From a virus: a DNA stretch of 64,000 nucleotides. Position 1 is the first letter of the stretch. Each line of letters opens with the position of its first letter. A program made the translations under genes and the position numbers. The notes under the pieces were generated by a model. The model saw only the letters and a program-made list of their open reading frames with translations, was not told the DNA's origin and made no database searches. The DNA lies in the IMG/VR virus record IMGVR_UViG_3300007735_000799, positions 1 through 64,000 of that record. The stretch is one strand, 5' to 3'. Shown here piece by piece: positions 1 through 9,422 of this stretch.

Positions 1-265
1 TAACGCCGTTTGTTACCCAAAGATTGTTTGCTGTAATTCCTGCATTCATGGTCTGAAGACCCGTGAATGTGTTGCTGCCTGTTACAGCAATTCCTGTTAC
101 TGCACCACTCAACCCGTTAATAGCAGACACATATCCAGCAATTCCAACCGATGCAGGAGTTACCACCGCATCCCAAGCGTAACCGTTCCATATCCAGGTA
201 TTTCCGGAAAAGGTATAGGTTGTTTCGTTGGCAGTTAATCCTGATGTTGGAAAGTTTAAGGGCAT
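1..265 (-). CDS. Tail fibre/virion structural protein, N-terminal part (runs off the window)
   Basis: Manual translation MPLNFPTSGLTANETTYTFSGNTWIWNGYAWD; this N-terminal motif is typical of T4-like phage fibre proteins. Confidence 0.6.
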   Translation of the reverse strand, partial: MPLNFPTSGLTANETTYTFSGNTWIWNGYAWDAVVTPASVGIAGYVSAINGLSGAVTGIAVTGSNTFTGLQTMNAGITANNLWVTNGV

Positions 266-304
266 TATCTAAACCTTATTGCGGTGAAATATTGATAGGA
301 TTAT

Positions 305-843
305 TTAGGTGACTGAGGCTTGAACCCATTGAGAATTTCCCGATGGGCCCAAATACCCTGTGTATAAAACGCCAGTGTCAGTATTGAACCACAAAGCACC
401 ATCAATTATAGGTGCTGGCGCAAGATTCGTAGCCAAATATGATTGCATTATAACCACAGCATCACCAGAAGCAAACCCGCTGGCTCCTGCGTCTCCGGTG
501 GACGCCAAAGCAACCCAAGACCCTACCGAGGTGGAGCCTGTTGTGGACGGCAAGAATCCGTACTGTAAACGAGTATCTCTTTCAATAAACAGATCGCCGT
601 ATTGAAACCAACTTTCGTTTCCTGCGGTTCCGTATACTCCCGCATTTATATCCGCAACAAAATCTGTGTAAGTGTTATACACATAAGTTTTAGATAGTGG
701 ATAATCTTGAACACCGCCTGTAATTCCACCAACAAACAGAGTTCGGTCAAAGGTATTGATTGCCAACTCACCGAAAGATAGAGCCGATGGAACATTGCCT
801 GCGGTTAATCCACGCTTGATTTTAATTTTAATTGGGTCTGCCA

Positions 844-844
<1 letters not shown>
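305..844 (-). CDS. Fibre-associated protein with Mtd_N-like N-terminus
   Basis: IKIKRG...LSFGELAINTFDRTLFVG motif; C-terminal GALWFNTDTG module. Confidence 0.6.
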
Positions 845-2704
<1,860 letters not shown>

Positions 2705-2718
<14 letters not shown>

Positions 2719-3415
2719 CGCCTGTATTTAGTGGCTGCGCTAAAGCCTTCCAAGCCACAGGAAACAGCGGTTCAATCAATTTAGAAATGGCTGCGGCGTA
2801 TTCCCGCACTTCCCATTGAGCGTGTGGGTCTGCACGGAGCGCGTACACGCGGGCGTAAGCGGCTAGGCTTCCTGTCCACCACCATTCAGTATAAGTGCCT
2901 TGTGGAAGAACAAACCGGGCTTGTTCAGGAGCAACACCCTCTTTCAACAGAAAATTGTAAGTGTCAACAGCATCCATAGACACACGATTGTATACCCTAT
3001 CAAAATCTGAAACCACAGGCTCGTCAATAAAATCATCGCTGCCTTGCTTGGCTCCACCGCTTGGTGCAGATCGCCAATCAGGAACATAGAAGTCAGGTTC
3101 ATCTTTAACATACCGACGACTTACTTCATTTTCCACAAAGCCTTGCTTGTGCTTGAAAAGTTGTGTGCGAATAGAGATAGGAGCCTTGATGTGCAAGGTA
3201 ATTTGTGGATGAGCAAACGGAGTCCAATGCTTATGCTTGGCAAGATAGCCAATCAACTTAGCATCTTTTTCCGTCATCTCGGTTGCCTTTTTATTGAATG
3301 AAACACGGGCGGCATTCACAACCATCAGATCGTTGCCCATGTGAGAAATCAAGGAAACAAATCCCTTGTCTAAAACCTGAATGGTGTTAGCATCATTCAC
3401 GCCTGCCATACTCAT
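2705..3415 (-). CDS. thyX: Flavin-dependent thymidylate synthase
   Basis: NAARVS, HWTPF, RTQLFKH...NEVSRRY ThyX motif, EQARFVLPQ. Confidence 0.95.
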
Positions 3416-3434
3416 AATATACTCCTATTAAGAT

Positions 3435-3956
3435 TTAACCTTGTCGTTTAAAGAATTGAACTTGTCGCTCTCGCTTTACAATGCCTTCTTTAGTTTTAGA
3501 TCTACCAAGAACTTTGCTGCCATCCTTGGAGTACAGAACCCATTCGTCACCTTCTTTGCGAATGACTTCTTCTAATTCTGTTTTACCTTTATCGGGTCGT
3601 TTTACTTTTGCTTTTGCTGCTTTGCCTGAACCACCTGGTTTGGTTAGAGAACCTAAGTCCATTGCAGGTTCAGTTCCGCTGATTTCATTTACAGATTCAA
3701 CGGTTGTTAGAACTTTATCGTCGTGTCCAACAATATCAATCTTATCTACACCAGGCATGGCTGCAAGAATTTTCTTTGCGTCTTTTTGTGCATCAGTTAG
3801 ATCGGCACTTCCCATCTTGCCTGCTTTAACCTGCTTGCCGTTCTTGTAAGCAATCCACACAAATTCCACACCACGATCTTGATAGGTTCCGCCACCCTTC
3901 TTAACGATCTCAATATCGTTAGTTATGGCTTCTAGAAATTTGCGAAATGGCTTCAT
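3435..3956 (-). CDS. Hypothetical late (probable head-internal) protein
   Basis: TATAAATA at 3962-3969 favours a start at 3956 (MKPFRKFLEA); ORF track extends to 4016. Confidence 0.55.
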   Translation of the reverse strand: MKPFRKFLEAITNDIEIVKKGGGTYQDRGVEFVWIAYKNGKQVKAGKMGSADLTDAQKDAKKILAAMPGVDKIDIVGHDDKVLTTVESVNEISGTEPAMDLGSLTKPGGSGKAAKAKVKRPDKGKTELEEVIRKEGDEWVLYSKDGSKVLGRSKTKEGIVKRERQVQFFKRQG

Positions 3957-3969
3957 GCCTGTATTTATA

Positions 3970-4992
3970 CTAGCATCGTTTCCATGTAAGTAGTTTGAGT
4001 TTTGCGGCTGCACCACTACAAGAATTTTTAAGAATAATTGCGTGTGGATCTAACCCGCCAAGAACCATGTCATTGATGTCTTTTTGATGCACCGATGAGG
4101 GCCAAATGCAAACAGTTCTTCCGTTACTAATAAGATCTTCCATAACCTTTACCAGTTCTTTATTTCGTGGTTCATTGTCTAGTGCAAAGATGGGCTTGGC
4201 TCCCAATTCATGGGGCAAAGAAGAACACCGACCCAATCCTGCCATGGCCACTCCGTTTGGAAGAAACAACGAGTCTAGAGGCCCCTCAACCACAATCACG
4301 GGTTGCTTGGGATCAACGCGCTCTAATCCGAACCATAGACGATCTTCAGTTTGCTCTTTACGAAGAGTAATGTACCGGATACTTTTAGGATTAAACGAAC
4401 GACAGTTCGCTCCAATAAGTTTGCCGTTCTGAATGATAGGAATAACTAGACGAGGCTCATCGCCTAACTCTTTGCTAGCATCAATAGTTTTTGCCCACTC
4501 GCCAAAGTTTTCTGCATAGTACAGAAGTTCAAATTTATCTTTGGGAACTTTACGAGACTCTAAAAACTGCCGCGCAGGATGAATCTCCGGAAGCGACGAT
4601 ACGGCGGGAAGCCCGATTCCATAGTCTCCCGTGGATGGTTCAGTAGATACTTCAGATCTTCCAAATCTTGGCTGTTCAAAGATGAAGGTAGGCTCGGCTT
4701 CGTTTCTTCCTGTGAGACCGCCTCGGTATTTTTCAAGAGCGTATTCATCGTGTAATCTCCTGTCAAACTGTTCAAGGAATTTGGAAAGGGTGGTTCCGAA
4801 GTCACAGTTGTGGCACTTTACAAAGAATCCGCCCTTCTTCTCGTAGAAGTAAAAGCGAGTTTTGGACTTGTTTCTCTTGGAATCGCCGCATATCGGACAC
4901 CTACAAACTGCTAGTTGGTTGGTTTTCTTCCAAGCAAAGCGGGCTAGCCGTGCCGCTATCATATTGATGTATTTCACATCTAAGTAACTCAT
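3970..4992 (-). CDS. 61: DNA primase (T4 gp61-like)
   Basis: CRCPICGDS...CHNC zinc finger; TOPRIM motifs VVEGPLDS and DNEPRN, KDINDM. Confidence 0.95.
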   Translation of the reverse strand: MSYLDVKYINMIAARLARFAWKKTNQLAVCRCPICGDSKRNKSKTRFYFYEKKGGFFVKCHNCDFGTTLSKFLEQFDRRLHDEYALEKYRGGLTGRNEAEPTFIFEQPRFGRSEVSTEPSTGDYGIGLPAVSSLPEIHPARQFLESRKVPKDKFELLYYAENFGEWAKTIDASKELGDEPRLVIPIIQNGKLIGANCRSFNPKSIRYITLRKEQTEDRLWFGLERVDPKQPVIVVEGPLDSLFLPNGVAMAGLGRCSSLPHELGAKPIFALDNEPRNKELVKVMEDLISNGRTVCIWPSSVHQKDINDMVLGGLDPHAIILKNSCSGAAAKLKLLTWKRC

Positions 4993-4999
4993 GGTGCAA

Positions 5000-5027
5000 A
5001 GTATACCTAGTATTTAGGGAAAGTCAA
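5000..5027 (-). promoter_or_regulatory. Sigma70-like promoter for primase with an embedded late-promoter motif
   Basis: TTGACT-N16-TATACT; spacer contains CTAAATA (5011-5017). Confidence 0.6.
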
Positions 5028-5183
5028 GCAAAATAGCGAGTGTTCAGCCCAGGCACTTTTCAAACGCACTCACACCAATTTAACTTATATTCAACTTTCA
5101 ACTAAACTACCAAAAATCTTCGTGTTGTAAAAATTTATTTCACGAACCTGTCGTTTTGGCAAAATTACCGACTATATAGACCC

Positions 5184-5900
5184 TTACTTCTTGGGGTCTA
5201 TGATGTTCAGGGTTTGAATATCTTTTTGTATACGATCTTGCTGTCTGCGCTGTATCTTCTTACGCTTCTGCATAGATGTTGAACCCTTTGGCATAGGAGG
5301 CTCTTGACCAGGAGATACGCCTGCCATTTGTCCTCCACCCACATTATTTGCAGGGCCAGCAACGGCTGCTCCATCTTCTCCTAGTTTTTTTGCTTCGGTA
5401 TAGGTGAATACTTGTTTTCCTATTTTATAAACAGGAACTCCAAAAACTTCTCCAATTGGAGTCAGGTGTTTTATACGATACTTTTTATCGTATATTTGGT
5501 ATACACCAGCCTCTAATAGATTATTTTCAATATGAAGTATTGTTTTCAAGCAAGTCTTTTTAGACTTGAAATACTCCATCACTATAGATTCATATTTTTC
5601 AGGATTTAAACCGCTATACTCTGATTTTAAAGACCACAAAGTTTTAACAAGAGCAGAAGATCTGTTTGGAATTGCATCAAATTGTTCTACTATCTTTTTT
5701 ACTGTCCAAGACAAAGCAAAAAATTTATCAGGGTATGCTTGTTTTTCTGAAGACTCTTTTAGTTGTCTACGAGTTTTTAGTATTTTACCGCTCTCGTTTA
5801 CTATACCTAGTTTATAGGCAGACAGTTCTTTCCAAGGAGTATTGATAATTTTTGTAAACTGATACTCCATCAGTATATCTTCTAGTCTCAGGTCTTCCAT
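5184..5900 (-). CDS. Hypothetical protein of T4-like phages
   Basis: 238-aa ORF; TPWKELSAYKLGIVNESGKIL motif recalled from T4-like phage proteins. Confidence 0.55.
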   Translation of the reverse strand: MEDLRLEDILMEYQFTKIINTPWKELSAYKLGIVNESGKILKTRRQLKESSEKQAYPDKFFALSWTVKKIVEQFDAIPNRSSALVKTLWSLKSEYSGLNPEKYESIVMEYFKSKKTCLKTILHIENNLLEAGVYQIYDKKYRIKHLTPIGEVFGVPVYKIGKQVFTYTEAKKLGEDGAAVAGPANNVGGGQMAGVSPGQEPPMPKGSTSMQKRKKIQRRQQDRIQKDIQTLNIIDPKK

Positions 5901-6304
5901 TACAACTCCCTTAATTTTGCTACAACTTTGTCGTCTAGTGGTATTTCAACTATATCTATTCCTTCTATGTTTTTAGTGTCTGGAAGGTAGTGTAAGTACA
6001 CCAAAAAAGTTTTCAGTACAGACAATAAATCTTTATCCATCTTATAAAACAACATTCTAGTTGCGGCGTCTATGCCAAAAACATTATAGAATGTTATCAG
6101 GTGATTTAGTATTAAACGATCTCGCAGTTCTTCAGATCTTTGATATTTTCTAAACAATCGTTTCAGATATACTATACGAGTAATGTCCTCTTCAAATTCT
6201 TGCATGCTATGACATTGTGGGTTGTCATAATTTTTTACCGCAAACAGTTTGAAATTCTCTTCGTTTAATGTTTTAAATACCATTGTGTAATACAATACTT
6301 TCAC
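5900..6304 (-). CDS. Conserved T4-like hypothetical protein
   Basis: LNEENFKLFAVKNYDNPQC...RLILNHLI motif; TATAAATA at 6328-6335. Confidence 0.7.
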   Translation of the reverse strand: MKVLYYTMVFKTLNEENFKLFAVKNYDNPQCHSMQEFEEDITRIVYLKRLFRKYQRSEELRDRLILNHLITFYNVFGIDAATRMLFYKMDKDLLSVLKTFLVYLHYLPDTKNIEGIDIVEIPLDDKVVAKLREL

Positions 6305-6327
6305 TTTTAAGGACTCATTACAACAAG

Positions 6328-6335
6328 TATTTATA
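6328..6335 (-). promoter_or_regulatory. T4-type late promoter
   Basis: Exact TATAAATA 24 nt upstream of the 6304 start. Confidence 0.7.
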
Positions 6336-6337
6336 AT

Positions 6338-6366
6338 AAAAAAGGGAGCCTGTTTAGGCTCCCTTT
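6338..6366 (-). terminator. Rho-independent terminator
   Basis: AAAGGGAGCC-TAAACA-GGCTCCCTTT followed by a T-tract on the minus strand. Confidence 0.8.
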
Positions 6367-6400
6367 CGGGCGGTGAAATGCGGATTTAGGGAACGCGCCC

Positions 6401-6949
6401 TTAACCCTGCACGATGCGGGGTTTGACCGAGAAAGTACCGTCTTCGTTACTGCTAATTTCTACAACAAGTTTCAAAGGAGTTCCTGTCTTGTTTGAGATG
6501 TTATCTGCGTGATAAGGATCGTAGCCTGGATCGGTTGGATATCTTCCGTATGATCCGCCAAGATACTTTAGAGGAAACTCAAACATACCTTCACCAATCT
6601 CATTAACAGGGCCACGCTTGTTATCAATACTTGTTTTAGCGTCATGCTCTAAACCAGTTTTTGCTGGTGGAACACGATACTCAAAGAATAAACCAACTCG
6701 TTCCATTTTGCTCTTAATTTGACTAAGAACATTATAAGGATTAATGTAACTCTTTCTCATTGAAGCACCAAGGAAAGTGTTCAATCTAGCAAGAGCCTCA
6801 TCATTCAACGAAGCGATATTAATTTCAGGAGTATCTACAGCACCATCAGGATTGTGTGGGCCGACGGCAGGGTTAAGATGCCCTGGCCCAACAGCGGGAA
6901 ATGTTCCCCAATTTTCCTGTAGTTTGCTTCGTAATTCCTTGAAACGCAT
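6401..6949 (-). CDS. Hypothetical protein (MRFKELRSKLQE N-terminus)
   Basis: 182-aa ORF in the late block. Confidence 0.55.
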   Translation of the reverse strand: MRFKELRSKLQENWGTFPAVGPGHLNPAVGPHNPDGAVDTPEINIASLNDEALARLNTFLGASMRKSYINPYNVLSQIKSKMERVGLFFEYRVPPAKTGLEHDAKTSIDNKRGPVNEIGEGMFEFPLKYLGGSYGRYPTDPGYDPYHADNISNKTGTPLKLVVEISSNEDGTFSVKPRIVQG

Positions 6950-6961
6950 GATAAACTCCTA

Positions 6962-7939
6962 TTAGCGAACAGTTACTTTGAACGCTGCTGAACCTGTTGC
7001 CGATGGGTTTGCAGCAGTTGTTCCGTCATTCACAAAAGCAGTCATTCCGTACACACCTGTGGTTAGACCAGCAGGAAGAATGATAACTCCAATATCTCCG
7101 TTGTATGCTGAGGTTGGACCGAAGAAAGCCTCATACACATGATTTGGAACGCCTGTTGGGCCTGAATTTACTAGAAGACTCAATCCTGTTGCAAGAACAA
7201 TAGATTTTAATTGAGCATGAGTTTGTGGCCCACCGCCTGTCAACTGACCTGTTAGAGAAAGTGTAAGAGATTGAATGAAGTTTACATCGTTACCCTTAAC
7301 CTTAATGTATCCAGTATGTCCTGCGGGGATAATTGAACCAGTCACACTCCAACCGTAAATTCCATTTCCGTCTGTTCCGCCTGTTAGATTTGCATTTCGT
7401 GAAACAAATCCGTAGCCGCCACCTGGATTATAACCAACATAACCCACACCACTTAAACCAGGCATAGAATCTGTAATACCACGACCACTTATTCCCCAGA
7501 ATAGAGAAGAAACACCAAATTCGTTTAGACCGTAATTTGCTGTGCAAGAGTGACTTAATCCTGTTCCGAATTGACCGCCAGCGGTTGCACCATCTCCTTG
7601 GAAAGGAGTGCTCATATAAGGATTGTCTTGTAAGTTTGCACCAGCGTGAGTGCCGCCAGTCCAACCACCTGTAATACTGATACGATCAGCGTATGCACTG
7701 GCTGTTGAACCTGCCGTTGTTCCAGGATCATTTGGTATAGCAATAAGAAGTTCCATGACTGGATAAGCACCAGTGACGCTCAAATCTCTTGGGCCCTCAA
7801 ACTGACCAGCGAGGTTAGCAATACCGTTCTGAGTTGGTGCTTCCCAACCTGAGTTTGTGCGAACAGTCCAACGCTTTTGAGCGGCGGTTAACCATACTGG
7901 TTTAGATTCTTCTCTATCGTTATTGTTCCAAAATCCCAT
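6962..7939 (-). CDS. Gly-rich virion structural protein
   Basis: MGFW...KPVWL N-terminus; Gly/Thr-rich; CTAAATA at 7963-7969. Confidence 0.55.
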   Translation of the reverse strand: MGFWNNNDREESKPVWLTAAQKRWTVRTNSGWEAPTQNGIANLAGQFEGPRDLSVTGAYPVMELLIAIPNDPGTTAGSTASAYADRISITGGWTGGTHAGANLQDNPYMSTPFQGDGATAGGQFGTGLSHSCTANYGLNEFGVSSLFWGISGRGITDSMPGLSGVGYVGYNPGGGYGFVSRNANLTGGTDGNGIYGWSVTGSIIPAGHTGYIKVKGNDVNFIQSLTLSLTGQLTGGGPQTHAQLKSIVLATGLSLLVNSGPTGVPNHVYEAFFGPTSAYNGDIGVIILPAGLTTGVYGMTAFVNDGTTAANPSATGSAAFKVTVR

Positions 7940-7965
7940 TTTTGGTTTCTCCTTGTGCTACCTAT

Positions 7966-8499
7966 TTAGCGATTTTCGTTGATGATTTTACGAAGGGTTG
8001 ATACTTCTTCTTCGGAAAGTTGAGTTAAAAACTCACGAAGACCTGTTTCAATTTCTGTTGTTTCAGTTTCTTCTTTTTTCATGCCTGCGGTGTTAATACC
8101 AGCAGCCGCCTTTTTAGGAGTAGCCAACTTGCTACCCTCAGCACTTGATGAACCACCCTTTGGAGCAGTCTTGCTCTTTACTTCAGCGGGAGTAGCCAAT
8201 GCAGCCTTTTGAGTAGGCATCTTCACATCAGCCTCAGCAACAACCTCTTCAAAACGAGTAACCATTTCTGGTGTTAGTTGGCAACCGCACTTGGCTACAC
8301 CTTCCTTGAGATGCTTGCGTAGAATGTTACGCTTGGTTTCCGCGACCATAACACCTTCGGTTAAAGTTGCAAATTCTGCCTTAGCAGCCTTTGCCGCTTC
8401 TTTTAGAGACTCAGGAAGTTCAACCTTTATAGTTGTCTTGCCCATGAGAACATTTGAGATGTTATTGTAGAATTCTTTGCTGATTGGTGAGTTGTGCAT
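7966..8499 (-). CDS. Hypothetical Ala/Lys/Glu-rich (core/scaffold-like) protein
   Basis: 177-aa ORF; CTAAATA at 8540-8546. Confidence 0.5.
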   Translation of the reverse strand: MHNSPISKEFYNNISNVLMGKTTIKVELPESLKEAAKAAKAEFATLTEGVMVAETKRNILRKHLKEGVAKCGCQLTPEMVTRFEEVVAEADVKMPTQKAALATPAEVKSKTAPKGGSSSAEGSKLATPKKAAAGINTAGMKKEETETTEIETGLREFLTQLSEEEVSTLRKIINENR

Positions 8500-8552
8500 T
8501 GCTGCTCCTTGTATTTTTTACATTCTTACCGCTAGGTAGTATTTAGTTAAAT

Positions 8553-9182
8553 TTATCTGTTGCGTTTCAGCCAAAGATCACCTTCGGCTGCTCTTCTTTT
8601 AATTAATCCTGGTAAAACTTCACCTTTGGACTTATTATATTTTGCTAGTGCTGCTGGAACTTCTTTCCAATGCTCCGAAGAACTTAAAGCCATAGTTATT
8701 GATTCAAACCCACTTTTACCATAAAAACCAGGCCCTACATTATAGGCAAATGAAATCAACGCACTCTGCTGATTGGAATTCATAAGATTCCAATTTGGTA
8801 TCATTTTTAATTTAGGAATCACTTTTGTATTTACATAGTGTTCCATATACTGATCTGCTTGTTGTTTTGATATTCTGTCGCCTTGTTTAACGGGTCTACC
8901 GTCTGGATGAGTAGTTGATCCTTTACCTATAGTCCAAACTTTTCCCGTTTTATCCCAGTATGCCTCAGTTTTAAATCCTTCATATTTTGAAATTAATAGT
9001 TTCCACGCTGTAGTATTTTGATAGGTTTGCTGTGTGGTTTGGGGGCGAGGAGGGGCAGTTGCTGCCATTGCTGGCGATCCTATCGCTATGCTTGCCGCTA
9101 ACGCTGTGGAAAGTAATCCAGCAGAAAGTTTAACTTCATTTACATGCTGTATAAAAGTTTTCATCCCTTCGCTTTCTTCCAA
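8553..9182 (-). CDS. Lysozyme (GH24, T4 e/P21-like) with hydrophobic N-terminal segment
   Basis: YEGFKTEAYWDKTGKVWTIGKG catalytic E/D/T motif; ALISFAYNVG; GLIKRRAAE. Confidence 0.9.
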   Translation of the reverse strand: MEESEGMKTFIQHVNEVKLSAGLLSTALAASIAIGSPAMAATAPPRPQTTQQTYQNTTAWKLLISKYEGFKTEAYWDKTGKVWTIGKGSTTHPDGRPVKQGDRISKQQADQYMEHYVNTKVIPKLKMIPNWNLMNSNQQSALISFAYNVGPGFYGKSGFESITMALSSSEHWKEVPAALAKYNKSKGEVLPGLIKRRAAEGDLWLKRNR

Positions 9183-9421
9183 AGATCGGCATCCGCAGTA
9201 GTTCGGGTTTTACCGCCTGTCAAAAACGAGTTTACTCTAGCCAACGCCCATTGTTGAGGAGTCACACCTGGACGATGCCCACCCTTCCAAGCAGCCATGC
9301 CTCGGTCGTAAACTTTCTTTAAAATTGCATAAGATATACCAGATTTAGCGGCTTTATTCTTAACCGCTTTAATACTCTCAGTTATCTCTAGTTCAGTTTT
9401 TAAATCTTTAAAACTCTTCAT
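9161..9421 (-). CDS. Small protein resembling DUF5824-type domain
   Basis: KSGISYAILKKVYDRGMAAWKGGHRPG..QQWALARVNSF motif; MKSFKDL..E N-terminus. Confidence 0.55.
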   Translation of the reverse strand: MKSFKDLKTELEITESIKAVKNKAAKSGISYAILKKVYDRGMAAWKGGHRPGVTPQQWALARVNSFLTGGKTRTTADADLWKKAKG

Positions 9422-9422
9422 G

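Noticed and set aside
5030-5183. Intergenic region with weak inverted repeats (TTCGTG/CACGAA) as an origin or ncRNA
   Set aside because: Stems are short and AT-rich, and not distinguishable from chance by eye
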